Shown piece by piece: positions 15,011-29,489 of a DNA stretch of 64,000 nucleotides (position 1 is its first letter; every line of letters begins with the position of its first letter). The stretch lies in the NCBI GenBank assembly GCA_012295275.1, contig CM022679.1, positions 21,762,001 to 21,826,000 of the forward strand. Direction: 5' to 3'. The translations under genes and the position numbers were made by a program. Origin of the DNA: Chrysomallon squamiferum (lineage: Eukaryota; Animalia; Mollusca). The notes beneath the pieces are model-generated. The model worked only from the letters and a program-made list of their open reading frames with translations, did no database searches and was not told the origin of the DNA.

Positions 15011-15850
15011 GCTGTGGGTGTATATGACTATCTATGGCTTTTTTTATTCACATTTTTGTTTACATGCGGCAACCAGTGCTACCCGCTCGCATTAATCATA
15101 TTCTGTCACGTTTTCTCCGATTCCTTCACACTCCGCCAGTAACGGAAAACACAATTAAGGAAAAGAACCACCAAATCTAAACAGAAAAAACCCATAAAGA
15201 ATCCCAAGAGACTGTTCAGAAATGCTGAAGTTTATTTAAAATCGGACTAATCTCCTGCATCGTCAAGATAATAAATTATGTTGATACAACTGCATAACAT
15301 TAAAGACAAGAAGCACGTTTTGTGCAGTCTTGTTTAGACATTCCAAACAATTTGGGCTGAAATTTCTATGACTTGTTTATTATCGGTTAAAAAAAATCTG
15401 AAATGACCAAGCAGTTTTGGAGCAAGGTTTATCTGTTTGTTTATATTGTCACCGCAATACGTATTTATCTGTTAGAGGTTTTTTGTTAAGTTTCTTTCTC
15501 CTTCTAGGGTTTGGAGAATTCATATTTGTTTCTCGACACATCAACACATTTTTAATTTTAACGAGTATTATGTCAATTGCTTTGGGTTGAACGACACCTG
15601 TGAAGAGCTTTCAATTTCGTTTCTGTCATCAGTTACATGATATCAAATATTTCGTATCTATATGACGTAAAAACAGTTGTAGTTAATCAGAAGAAACCTG
15701 TTGAATTTCTCCAGTTGCGGCAATGTTGTTGTTAATTTACAAATATTATAAAATAGAAAACTAAGAATCTTAATATAAAGAGTAAAGTCCGTGTCGCTGT
15801 TTTTTTATTATTATTATAGTTTTCTTTATTCTTTTACGTTTTACTTTTTT

Positions 15851-15913
<63 letters not shown>

Positions 15914-16358
15914 TGTCTTCAGCTGTACAGCACTTGTCGAAATTAAAGATAATTCAAGTATTTTCTCTCAAGGATTAATCCTGTCATCCATTTTGTTTAA
16001 GAACATAAATACTCTGTTGCTCCCTTGGCTTCAAGGAATCTTTTATTTAAATTTTCTCTCAGATGTAAAAAGACGTTTCTTCGCCTTTTTAAAGCCGAAG
16101 GAAATTGGTTAATAGACATTCTTTATAATTATTTACTTTTTAGTTGCTAGTTAGATTGGAAAACAAGATAACTGAATTAACTGTTAAGAACTGATACTAA
16201 GACAAGTCTGTTCTTGGTTGACGAAATCTTCATTGTTAATTTACACATATTATTCCAGTTTTATTACTAATACCGTAAATGTTTAGTAAATTGTATTTGC
16301 ACTAGGCAATGTAATATAACATAATATAGTACAAAACATACACGATTTTATATATGCT

Positions 16359-16419
<61 letters not shown>

Positions 16420-18624
16420 ATACCCACACACATATAAGTATGTATGTATAAAAGATCAAACAAATCGTCTTTCAAGTTTCGCTTTCAATTTATCTATTAT
16501 ACAAGATTTATACAGCGCATAAAAATTCATAACTTTAAAGGGCCATAAACGTAATTTCTTTGACGTTAAAACACGAAGCCTTCAGCGCATCTTTTTGATT
16601 TAGGATTACCGTAAAGATTCGAAATAAAGCGACCCTGTGAAGAGGATATTTTTCTTGATTACTGCTGCATATAAAATTTCTCTTCTCCACTTTTATTTGG
16701 GATTCTCAAAAGACATGTACACGATGTTATCAACCTGCAACAAGCAGATGAATATATTTTTTTTTTATTAAAGACATTATTTCACCTCTGCAGTTTTGGG
16801 GTTTTTTTTTGTTATCAGCGACGTAATAGTAGCGATCTGATGCTGCTGATGTCTGCGATGTTGTCGTTGTAGCTGATGTCTGCGCGGTAGTCGTGTTAAA
16901 TTTACAGATAATTTATCAGCGGTAAAAGAGATCTGAGGATTTGAAACGAAAATAGAAACAGGAAAAATTGCTGAGTAAAATGGAATATAAAAATTTCTGT
17001 TGGTAAATTTTCTTCTTTTTCCATGATTGTGTCCGACTGCCTGCCTGTTTGTATCTGTCTGTCTGTCTGTTTATCTGTCTCTGTGTCCTCTTTTCTTCTA
17101 TTCTTCTGGCTTTAGAGATGATAATTATGATACTGATGATGTTAATGATAATTACGATGGTGGTGATGATGATGATGACGATGATGTTGGTAGTGATGAC
17201 GAGGAATAAAGAAGAGATAACGACAGTTATCAACAGTGTAGAAATGAGGTTCAGTTATTTTAATAATTGTATCATAAGTATATCCATGTTTGAAGTGAAA
17301 ACGTTAATATTTAAAAGATTTTTAATTTAAAAAAAAAAAAAATGTTCTCTAGCATCCTAAATAATGTTGTCAGTCTCCTCCGAGTTTTAATAAAAAGAAA
17401 AACTAATAAGGAATTTATTTAAAACTGAATGAATGAATCAGTGTGTGAATCAATACATCATTGTAGTTTTGAGTTCTGAATGAACAAAACGGCGCTACAA
17501 TCAATGAGTGATCGAATAGGTCGGAGTTTTCAGTAATTCAAGAACACATTTAAAGCTGAATGGTTTGGCGTATATTTCATTATATAATTGAGTATACTGA
17601 CTGTAGTAAGTCCAGTACTCAACTTCTTTCTTTGTCAACGATGTTTGATTTACCTCTCTGTGCTTGACATATATTGAATCCCTTACACAATATATCAAAC
17701 CATTTCAGTTTTCAGTTTTCTAATCACTAAGTTTCAAACTTTTAGAATATATAGATCAGTCTTAATTTGGGACATTATCGTGATTTCACTGTCATCTTGT
17801 GAAAAAAGGGCATTTAAAAACAAGGACAGAAAGAAAAAAAATCAAAATAACACAAAACCAACACCAGGAAAAGGTAGCAACCACCATCTTCAAGCCAAAT
17901 CGTGAAAGATCATTTTTTCATTCAAGCAGATGGATAGATATTAGCTTTCATTCGTGTGACTTTTGAGCTTTTGAATAAATATCAATGGGAACGTAGGCTG
18001 GGTTTGATTTTGACCGAAGTAATCACTGAGTGAAAGTAAGGATGACTTGCTTACTGGAACGCAACACAAAACACGGCAATAAAAACTTAACCTGAGGCGC
18101 AGTGGGTCAGTGGATCTGTTCGCCTCGGTGATTAAACTCGTTCATTGCGACTGCAGACACTGCCCCAGGAGAGGTGTCTTATTTGTCAGGATTCCGAGTC
18201 TTGCTTTGTAAGGATTGATTTAATTAACCGTCTGCCACTTTACATTGTGTGTGTATATTAGAATAAGAGATTATTGCACGTATCAAGGTTTTAGTACAGT
18301 GAGGAAGATGGTCCTGTTTTTGGATTATGGTAAATATTACTGTTACTGCTGCAACATCCAGGAATGTTAACAGTTATTACTATTTCTTACGGCGATAGTA
18401 ATAGTTGTAACAATAGAAAAAAAAAACAATTGATGAAATAATTATATATTATGAAAAGTACAATAACAAGTATTTTGCTGGAAATTTCATTTGCATCAAC
18501 CGTCATTAAAAAAATAAACAAAACAACAACAACAGCAACCACACTAGTAATAGTAATAGTAGTAGTAGTAGTAGCAGTGGTAAATTAATAAATGACATAA
18601 CTAGTGTATAAATGTAATGAATCT

Positions 18625-18685
<61 letters not shown>

Positions 18686-19321
18686 TGTGTGTGTGTGTGT
18701 GTGTGGTGTGTGTCAAGGTAGGACTGTTTATCTAAATAAACATTCCATTAGTTAATATCACCTTTATCCCTGCACCAAAATCTATAACAAATTTGGTGCG
18801 TTATGACGTTAACAATTACGTCTGACAAAACCTTTATTTGAAATATGGTTGCGACGAAATATGATTCTTTCTCTTTTTTCTTGTGACGCAACAGTACAAG
18901 CTGGTACACGTCACCAACACTTTCAAACTGTCTTTCCTTTCTTATTTATCAGTCTACTCCCTCTATATCAATTCAGTGTGACAGACTTTACTTGCCAGTA
19001 ACAACTGTTGTGGTTTCACTGAACAGAACACTCTGTCATCCCCTCTATAAAATATTAAACATCGTGTCCATACCTGACTGCTAAAATTAATTTAAAAGAC
19101 AACAACAGAAGAGAATCAAACGATTTATTTTCTTACAAAAAGAAATATCTATAAACTAAACAAGTTCGTATATGCATTATCAAGTTCTCGTACAAGAAAA
19201 TGTACATCTTTCTTACATGTTTGAACTGGAAATTAATCCGATAATAAATACAGAGACATGACATTACTTCCATTTTACGAAAGAAAAAGAGAAAATTAGA
19301 TGACTTCAATTAAAGAAGAAG

Positions 19322-19353
<32 letters not shown>

Positions 19354-19863
19354 GAAGAAGAAGAAGAAAAGACAAAAACAAAAACAAACAATTGTTGAAT
19401 ATGAGAAAACGATGACACAGACAGACACATACAGATCTTCTTTTGGATTTCAACGTGATATGGGTAAAAATAATTTAAATATTATCAGTTGAACTACAAA
19501 TATCTTTAATATCATCTAACAAGTATTATACCAACACATGACAGCATATCACTTACGTAATTAATTATCTTTTTTCTGATTCTTTTTTCAAAAAAAAAAA
19601 AAAAAAAACATGTAATGATAGTCTTCTGATACGAAACCTAGAATTATCAGCCGCAAATAAAATGAATTATTTATCGATGGTTTTTGTCCGTTTTCTTTTC
19701 CTATTTTTTTCTTTAAAAAAACTTTTTTTTTTTTTTTTTTTTTTTTAGGTTTCAAATCCCATCCAGCCTCTGACAATGAATTATTTGTAACAGGAAACGA
19801 AAGAAAAAAACCGAAAAAAAACCCCAAATAAATTAAATGAAATAGATTCTTATGCAAACATCA

Positions 19864-19911
<48 letters not shown>

Positions 19912-21285
19912 ACAGCAATAAATATACACTGAACTGATAAGAATCATATTCCGGTTATAAATTAAGATTTTTTTTTTTTTTTTTTTTTTATAATTCTCAT
20001 AAATTTTCTAATTTTGCATAATCGCTTATTTTTCAAATTCCTTAATCTTGTAAGTAATAAAATAAAGAGTATTTGATACAGGAAACATTAATCTCTTGAT
20101 ATATCATTACGTTGTATATATATATATATATAAAATAACATGAACATTAATCTGTTTAATACAACAAACAAGTATATATATACATACACAGGTTAGGTGG
20201 TATTTCGTAAAACAGACGTAAATATTTATTAGTTTATAAGATAACTTGTTATTCATTATTCTAATTATTCATTTTAACTGAGATTTTCCTGGTGCTGTTA
20301 AATAACGCTTTGTTGTTATTATTTTCTTACTTGATGGAAATATTTTTTTATTATTTGTTCCAAATTCTAACAGTCCGTCAACACATTAGTTCGCATTGGT
20401 CATGCAAGAGAAGAAAATCTTTATCATAGCACTTATTTAGAATGGCAGGTTTTATTTACCTGTGAGTTAGAGTCGAACTCCGATTCTTGTTCTTTATAGA
20501 AAACTAATCTTAACTATTTCAAGAGATGTTATTCAGAACAATGAGAAGATTATGTATTACATCTATAAGATGTTACGATGGTCAACAGATGAAAAAAAAA
20601 AAAAAAACTGTTATTGTTTCTATGACAACTGATGTCACACACGTCATCATTTCATTCTGACAGTAACTACTTGTGGCCTAGATGGGTTTCTTTTCAAATG
20701 TAGTTCTTATTACGTAAGTCATACGTCACTACCAACATTCAATTTAACAAGAACACTAACTGATGAATTTCTTGATGTATATCGTTGTGGATAAATAATT
20801 ATAACCAGGAACACTAGCATATCAAGTCTTGGTTTACTAAAAAGATAATTATTAGTAATCAAGATCCGTGATGACGTCATTTGAGGTGAAAAAAAGTTAT
20901 TGTCAGGAACAATGGAAACCATGACGTAATTGTGAAAACCGTGACGTAATAATCTAATCCACTGTAGATGAGATTTTCGAGCTGAGTACTTGTGTGTTAA
21001 AACTCGATCTACGCGGGCTGGTCACCTTTTTCCTCGCTATCAAATGAAAACTGAAGTGATAATTTACACCCACACACTCACGTGCATGCTGCTGTTCGTT
21101 TTGATGTATGTACAGAATAATCAGGACACACTTTTGCACATGCGCATTCCGTGTCCGGGTCAAAGTGGTTTCTTTTTTAAGTTTTTAATTCAGTATTTTG
21201 CACAGCCTTGTTTTGACGAGAAGAGACATTACAATACTGTTGACAAAAAAAAAAAGAGTAGAAGTTGTCCAGTGTGACGATACCA

Positions 21286-21505
21286 TTATCCCACACTGCC
21301 GAGCTGTTTGAGTGGGTACAGGCTGGGCACGAACCGCTCGTGCAGGAAGCTGTGTAACGCGGCCTGCGATTGGTGGATTCTCTCCAGAGAACGTGCGATT
21401 CTCGTTTTCAGGACAGTGACGACGGCAGTCTGTTGTTGCTTGGAGAGTTCTTCCATACTTCGTGATCTCATCATTCTCTCCATTCCTTGAAGATTTTTCA
21501 AATTT
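21286..21505 (-). CDS. Terminal coding exon of an uncharacterised protein: (R)NLKNLQGMERMMRSRSMEELSKQQQTAVVTVLKTRIARSLERIHQSQAALHSFLHERFVPSLYPLKQLGSVG*
   Basis: Strong acceptor on the minus strand (ttattttcttctttttcttcag|A, CAG at 21508-21506). The frame is open to TAA at 21288-21286. The exon is non-repetitive and clearly more GC-rich than its flanks, with many C/G-ending codons. Its first base completes the AG|A codon left by the upstream exon. Confidence 0.8.
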
Positions 21506-23541
21506 CTGAAGAAAAAGAAGAAAATAATAATTTTTGGTTACGTTTAAAGGCAGACAGATAGAAATAGATACGAACACTAACAAAGGAAGAGAGAGACACA
21601 GACTGACAGACAAATAAACAAATTCTACAGTATCTAATAACGATGCCAGCCAGTATCAGAAGAAAAACACAATATCCAGTCATGCTGATAAGGAAATCTA
21701 AACAGTAGTTTTTTTTAACACAGAAATGAAAACATACTTTCTCATCGTTTCAAAATATGTTGTTTTTTTTTATATATATTTCAAACTGTTTTCTTTCTCA
21801 AAACATGTGTATATTTCAAAGTATATGCTATGTTAAAAACAACTTTTTAAAAAGATTAAATCAATTGAAAATACATTTGTGGTGAAAGACGTACATGGAT
21901 AAGTTTATTAAAGAAAGAAATATACGTCAACTGCCATCATAGATGATGATGATGTATTATAGCACTAGACCTCAGAACCATTAGGCATAAAACAAATGTC
22001 ATTTTAATCTGTAACTGAGTCATTCTTTAGCAAGATTCTATTTATTTTCATTCATAATATCACATGTTAACCTTTATATTATCAAAAAATACATATTTAT
22101 CACAACAAAGTAATCTATATTTTGGAGATTTGCTTCTTAAAAAAAAAAAAAAAAAAAAAAAAAACGCGATAACGTAATACTATTATTTTCAAAAAACATC
22201 TGTCATCAACAGGAATAAAAAATATTAAATGGCGCAGAAAATTAAATATTATCAATGCAAAATCTTACACTGCGTGGAAAATTATTATCATAGCAAAAAT
22301 CGTAAATTTGGTGGAAAAGATAACATCGCTGATTAATAAAAAAATATAAAATATATATCTAGGTCTTGAAGAAATATTCATTAAAATTTCAATATAATCC
22401 TCTCCTGTTTGTCAGTTTGTCTGTCAGTAACGCTAGTAAAGGCTTCAGTCTTAAAAAAATCGACAAGCGAGAAACAAAACGTCTCACGTCAAACAACATA
22501 CTGCTGGCTCTTGAAGACGCGATAAAGGCCCATTACTACGTTTAATATCTTTTGATTATCTCCCCTGCGTCACGCCTAATCAGCCCACGTTGATAAAATT
22601 ATCAGCCCAACATCGCTGGAAGCTATCGAGACGTAACGGTCTCTGATTAGAGCTCGGAGTGATTGGCCTTGAAAGGAAATTTAAACTTGTTTGGCAGAGA
22701 CAGGGTTTTCTTTTTATCGTTGGTAAATTAATCAAGAAGGGCCAGCGAACCCTGCTTTCTAATCGAATTAATACGTATTTTATGTTTTTAACCGTCAAAG
22801 AAGATGAAAGTTCTTGTGCAGTGTAATGGGATGGAGGTTGGTTTTTTTTTTTTTTTTTTTCGATAAAGTCGCGATTATTCGTTATCTAACGGTTCGTTTA
22901 TTCTGTTATTTCTTAAAACTGTAAAGTAGAATTTTCCCGTTTATGACTGGAAAGAGAGATAAAAATTTGGGCGTGCGAATATGATTTAATTATATTATAT
23001 TATTTTATTTTATTTTATTTTATTTTATCGTAATTCTAAACTAATAATTACTTAAAATGAAAGATAAATGAAGTCTGGAAGAAAATAAAAAACCGACACC
23101 GATGGCACTACACATAAAAATGAAGAGATTGAAGATAAACTAATTTTAAAAAAAAAGAAAGAAAAAAAAAAAAAAAAAGATTTTGCTCATTTGAAAATTA
23201 ATATTTATCTATTGACTTGGGAAGATACAGTTTAGATAAATTTATATGCTTCCGCATTGGTTACATTTGTTCCATGACGCTAACCTTTACTAACAATGAA
23301 GTATGAAAATAACGTAATTATGGTACACTGTGTCTGGCGTGACTTTATTCCACACAGATAATACAGAAACGCTGTTCCTCAGTTTTATATTTAGCCATTT
23401 GTACGTACCATCAAAGATAAGCATGCACTAACTGATGCAACGAGTTTTTAATACAGCTCATTTTAACCTTCGTGTTACTTGTATTTCATCAGGAAAGAGC
23501 AAGGGGAAACCACTGACATGAGAAAAGTGAATTTTACGAAC

Positions 23542-23654
23542 CTGTTTAAGGAGTCAGATTTTCTGACATAGTTTTCACTGCCGCTCTTGTCCTGGGAGCT
23601 TTCGTCTGATTGTGGCCACCACATGATGTATCTGAGGTAATAACTCGCGAAGTT
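23542..23654 (-). CDS. 113-nt exon NFASYYLRYIMWWPQSDESSQDKSGSENYVRKSDSLN(R), with a possible start ATG at M-W-W
   Basis: Acceptor attattatttcag|AAC and donor AACAG|gttcgt. Only phase 0 is open across the whole exon, and it ends in phase 2, matching the open frame of 21505-21286. The internal ATG has context ACATCATG (A at -3). Confidence 0.75.
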
Positions 23655-23658
23655 CTGA

Positions 23659-23733
<75 letters not shown>
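23659..23733. repeat. (AAT)25 microsatellite abutting a splice acceptor
   Basis: Pure repeat immediately next to the CAG acceptor at 23657-23655. Confidence 0.95.
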
Positions 23734-23734
<1 letters not shown>

Positions 23735-24207
23735 GCATAGTAATAATAAATAGATAAATAAATAAATAAATAAAATAAAATAATAATTAACTCATCAAAA
23801 ATCGACGAAAATAATAAAACCACAACAGCTGCAGTCATAATCAAAATATTAAAAAAAAAAAAAAATAATAAAAATAATAAAACAATATTATCAGTAGCAG
23901 TAGCTGCAGTAGCAACAGAAGCAGCAACAACAACGATAAAGAGACAACTCTGATTAAGCTTAGCCCTAATTATTTCTGTTACGGCAACAATAAATGTTTA
24001 AAGATATTTTATCACATTTTAATACGAACGATTAGTAGCATTACTTGGTTTTTCATAAACAGGAGATGGAAGAGTCTATTCCACAGGAAACGTATCATTT
24101 AGCAGCAGTATATGTTTTACAGACACACATACACACACACACAGACACATATAAACATGCGCACGAGCTTGCGCGTGCTCCAACACACATACAACAAGTA
24201 GCCAGCG

Positions 24208-24678
24208 ATGTTATATCCAGATGCTAAATTTTAACGTAACGTACTGTTTTCTCTAATTGCTGCACATTAGCGTAAATTGTTATCTCTTGATAATAGAGAA
24301 ACATCACAGATTACGTTAACACGTAGCATTCGATTGGTTCTCTAGATGCCAAGTTTTTATGTCGACCACGATGTCTAGTTGATAGGTTTAACGTAATGAA
24401 CGATATTATCTTTAGTTGCTACATTTTAACGAAGTGTACAGTATCATACCTAGTAGCTAAACTGTAACGTAACGCAAATGTTATCTCTAGTTGCTACGTT
24501 TCAACGTCATGTATGAAGGTATCTTTAGGTTCTAAATTTCAACGTAACGTATAGAGTTCTATATAATTGCAAACGTAATGTTCAACGTTTTATATATAGT
24601 TGTAACGTAATGTGTAACTTTAAATATAGTTGTAACGTAACGTACAATATTGTCTCTAATTGCTAACTTTTAACGTAG
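24208..24678. repeat. Old, degenerate minisatellite with a ~38-bp unit (tgttatctctagttgctaaattttaacgtaacgtac..)
   Basis: Recurrent tctctagttgcta and aacgtaacgta motifs at near-regular spacing, with shortened units toward the right. Confidence 0.75.
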
Positions 24679-26322
24679 CCTGTTGAATGACTCGACAAAT
24701 CACAAAGCGTGACGACGAGCTTTAGTTTGTTTTTTTATGTGAATCAAACGAACAAGTTTCGTTTCTCACAGCCCTGGTCGAGACGCGCAGTATCACTGAA
24801 AGTAGCTGAAACCATTCCGTCACACCACGCGAGCTATTTTAAACAGATATGTCCAGAGGCAACCGAGTTCATGTCTGCATGATATGTGCATATTGTGATG
24901 GATATACATACGCAGTCGGTGCTTACAAATATTTAACGCTTTAAAATGTGTCATAACTGTGAGATAGAGTGAGACAGAAAGAGAAAGAAAAAAAAAAGAA
25001 AAGCGAAGATGAAAAAGGGGTCTTTTGACAAAGATGTATTATGTGTAAAAAAAAACTTTTCATGTTGGTTGTTTGCTGTAGCTTTGTTCTGTTTTTGAAT
25101 TTTATATATACACACACATACATATCCATACACATTAATGTCTTTTTACACATGAACATATATCTGTGTGTATATATATATATATATTTTTAGTAATAAG
25201 AGGAAGATCAAATGAGATTTTAAAGTTAATGGAAATAACTTGTTAATATTAGGTGATATATATATATATATATATACACACCCACTGTTCATATCACCTA
25301 CTACTAACAAGTTATTTCCATTAACTTTAAAATTTCATTTGGCCTTCCTCCTATTACTAAAAATATATATATATCCAGTAAAATCTTGTTTTCCATTTTT
25401 CTGTAGTCAATCGAGCCATCAACAGTATGTTAGCTCATAGATAAAGACGGTTATAGCATTTATATTAATGGATTTTTTAAATTTTATTTTATTTTTTGAA
25501 ATTAAAGAAAAAGATATAAAAAGAAAATTTAGACAGAAGCATTTAAGCTTATCATTTCTGGCTTTGAGAACTGACATCTAAATCATTCTGTTGAAGTGAG
25601 GTCACGGACCCCTACGCTCTCTTGCTGTGGGTCAAAGGTGAAAGGTGAAAGTGCAGCAAGAGAAGAAAAAAATATGTCTGCAGTTTTCGGTTCTTATCGG
25701 TAATGACACATTGCCTTTTATGTTTATCTACAGCACTGTAACCTGACATAACACGTGAAGGTCGTGCTAATAAAATACACGTTGAGTATTTCTTTTCTGA
25801 TAAAACTGTCTTTACACACACACGCACACGCACACACGCACACACACGCACACACGCACACTCACATACATACGAGACTGAGAAAGAAAATAGTTATTTA
25901 CTTTTATTAATTTTATTTCTGTCTTTATTCTTTTAATTTATTTACCGTTCTGATTTTATTTATTCATTTATTTTGTTCTTGTATATTCTTATTTATGTAT
26001 ATTTTGGTTCTTTTATAAACGTAATATTTATGTATAGAACTGTCATACTTTCTGTACAGTTCATTATGTTACTTGCATTCTTTAAACAATGATTTGTTTA
26101 CTACTTTTTTAATTATATATATAAACATACAGGCACACACACATACAGATATATAGGTTTATACATGTGACTTGTAAAGAACAGAGATTTTAGTATATAT
26201 TGTTAGCTTATTATAACGTACTATATTGTATAATGTATATTATTTTTTTATTTAAATGCACGAATATGTTAATTCTATTAATAGAGAGAGAAACATGTAT
26301 GAATGTGTGTGTAATAATATAC

Positions 26323-26403
<81 letters not shown>

Positions 26404-26829
26404 AGAAAAGTAGAAAGTATAGACAGAGAGACAGACTGACATGAACAGTTAAATTCTGAGTATTTCCCATAATTAATCTCCTCTTGAACATAAAACCCAT
26501 ACTGAACATGTAATAACTGTCAATGACGTCACTTTAAACAGAATTATATACCATTACTATTTAATCAATTAAAAAAAAAAAATAATAATAAAATCACTCT
26601 CTGTATATAGTGTGTAAACTTAGACATCTTTTAAAATTTATATACATTTTGTTTTGCTTTTGAAAAAAACAAAAAATATATAATTTATCATATTTATTAA
26701 TAATATAAATATTTATAATAAATGACACCATAAAATAATGAACTGCTTAAAATAAAAACTTACTTATTATACGAAACGGGTAAGAATCCTACAGTTTCTG
26801 TTTGACAGTAAAAAAATAATTCCAACGTG

Positions 26830-27290
26830 CACACGACTGAAGGCAGACACGAAAATAATCCACGAGTTCGCGTCACAATATTTTTGTAAGTCTCAGAATG
26901 AAACACAATCAACGAACGGACCAATCGACTGGCGTTTTCCTGGGGGCTTGTCAGCGGAAGCTGACACAGACTGACTTTACTTCGTTCCAGCCAATCGAAC
27001 GCGACCCGGTCCCAGTTCCGCCTAAGCGACCGAAGCTATTCGACCGCCGCTTTAGCAGATTGTTTCGAGAAATCTTTTCACTTCACCGTCTCGTCATAAT
27101 CAGTTAACCGTAAATAGATGCTGCCATTCATTCACCGCTAAACGTAACAGCATTCATTTTTTTTTTTACGTTTTTTACTTTTTTTACACTGAAGAGCTCG
27201 CGGTCGTTATTTCTAACGGAACACAACGGGTTCTGGCACAAACTTCCGAATGAGGTCCCACTGGTTTTACACGAAAGTTCCGCGAGATAA
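26830..27290. promoter_or_regulatory. CpG-rich regulatory islet inside the putative first intron
   Basis: Two CCAATCG boxes (26921, 26991), CGGAAG/TTCCG ETS-like cores, TCAGTT at 27100, and high CpG density relative to the flanks. Confidence 0.35.
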
Positions 27291-27638
27291 AGCTTCTTTT
27301 TTTTTGGGGGGGAGGGGGTGTTTCAACCTTAATAGAATCGTGCTTGTAGATTACGTTTATGTAAATATTACCGATCTGAAAGCTAAACAGATCCCAGAGT
27401 TCAGTGACATCTTTCAGCCAGCTATCACTCGATTTTGTAATATTTTATGTGCGAGGTGTGTAAGCGATGAAAAACGAAACACGTTTGATGAATACTGGCT
27501 GAGTGTAGAGTGTTTTATGTTACCAGATCGGAAGAGCTAGCGATCTCGCTAATGTGTGTATAATGAATGTGTAGTCGCTGTTAGATTATTTTAGAAATAG
27601 ATTCAGAATATATCTCTGCTTACGTAAACAGACAGACA

Positions 27639-27749
<111 letters not shown>

Positions 27750-28124
27750 CAAATAACATTTCCTTCTTTCGTTTTTTAATCTCTTTATATCTCTCCCTTA
27801 CTCTCTCTCCCCATCATATGAATAAATATATGTATTGGTTTCATTGTTTGTTTGGAGTTTTTCCGCACCAAAGGCATATAATAAAGGCTTACACTGAAGT
27901 TGTGTGAAACTGATACACAAGCAGTAGCTAACATTACTAGTCAAGTCAAAGGTGACATATCAGTACAAACAGGCTAATATACTTATCAGATAACAATGAG
28001 ATCAGAGTCCTCTTTAACACAGAGAAACTTACATCAGGTGTTGATCAGCTACATGTAAAACAGGTAAGAGTGACAACAAGGTCATGATCCTATGTTTAAG
28101 TCATTGTGATTAGTGGTCAGAACG

Positions 28125-28170
<46 letters not shown>

Positions 28171-28221
28171 GAGAGAGAGATAAAGAACGAGAGATATATA
28201 TAAAGAGAGAGAGAGAGAGAG

Positions 28222-28282
<61 letters not shown>

Positions 28283-28921
28283 GGAATTTGCCTGTATGTA
28301 TAATGCATAATTTGATACTTAATTGTTTATTAAAGAATCGAATTACAGTAACTTTATATATATATATAATAAACAAGTTCTGTTCAATATTAAACGTATT
28401 CTTCTTGAATTCACTAACCACAAAAATAACCACAAACACTGAACAATAAACAACAAAAATAACTTTTTAACTCGAAAAATGACGCAATCCTCAACCCAAA
28501 CAGACGAAAATATCCACTCGAAAAATGACGCAACCTGGTTTCACAATTCACACACTCATAAAATCCATGAACTCATCCCACCCAGGAACACACCCAAGCA
28601 TTAAATGATTACTTTATTACTTTAGATCAGTTACGCAAGTCACGCAATTTCACATGATTTAGCAATAAAGGAGTGCTGGCTTTACAAGCAGGAAACAGAG
28701 AGTGAACAAAACGAAGAAGAAGAAGAAGGTGAAAAAAAGAAAGAAAGAAAGCACACGTTTTCTTAGATCCTCATCACTTTTAATGCGAAAAGTTAAGGAA
28801 GAAAGAAGAACATTAATCAGTCCAGTGAAAGCCCCATAAATATTCACACAAAAGAAAATAGACAAGATAAGCTTACTACAGAAAAATACTCGTAATAGAA
28901 AGAACGCGTCATTCAGTGAAC

Positions 28922-28957
<36 letters not shown>

Positions 28958-29331
28958 CCGCTTAAACCCGACACGATTTAATGTAATACTTTTCGCTTTA
29001 CTGTTTGAATTATTTAAGATAGAATGTTCTTAAGTGTAGCCGCACTGCGTGGAATGCGAAAAAAAAAAAAAAAAAAAAAATCTCTCTGTGTGTTTTCGAA
29101 ATCAGATAAATTCCAGTGGGTATTTTTACTTTAGTAATATCCGTGGACGTGGTTAGAGGTTTCAGTCAGTCGTCTGTGATTGCGACATACAACGCGGCGT
29201 AGTAAAAGAAATTCTCAACTACGTGTCCTTGGGCACGTCGTCTTCCAACAACGTCGCTGACCTTGGAAATGAAGTGGTTACGTCACCGATGTTGAAGTTT
29301 GAACGTTTAAGGATTGCACCACGATACCGAC

Positions 29332-29415
<84 letters not shown>
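29332..29415. repeat. (AAT)12(ATT)16 forming a 72-bp perfect palindrome (29332-29403)
   Basis: Strand switch of the trinucleotide repeat at 29367/29368 with no spacer. Confidence 0.9.
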
Positions 29416-29489
29416 TAAATATTTTTAGTGATAAATTGGACATTTTTATATTGAAATTTTCAGAAAAATAATATTCACTCACTGATTTT

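Noticed and set aside
21185-21613. 142-aa overlapping minus-strand ORF (KFEKSSRNG...)
   Set aside because: Its phase does not match the only open frame of the upstream exon, and it runs into low-complexity sequence.
23575-23654. Alternative frame ELRELLPQIHHVVATIRRKLPGQERQ*
   Set aside because: It stops inside the exon and would leave the coding-like downstream exon untranslated.
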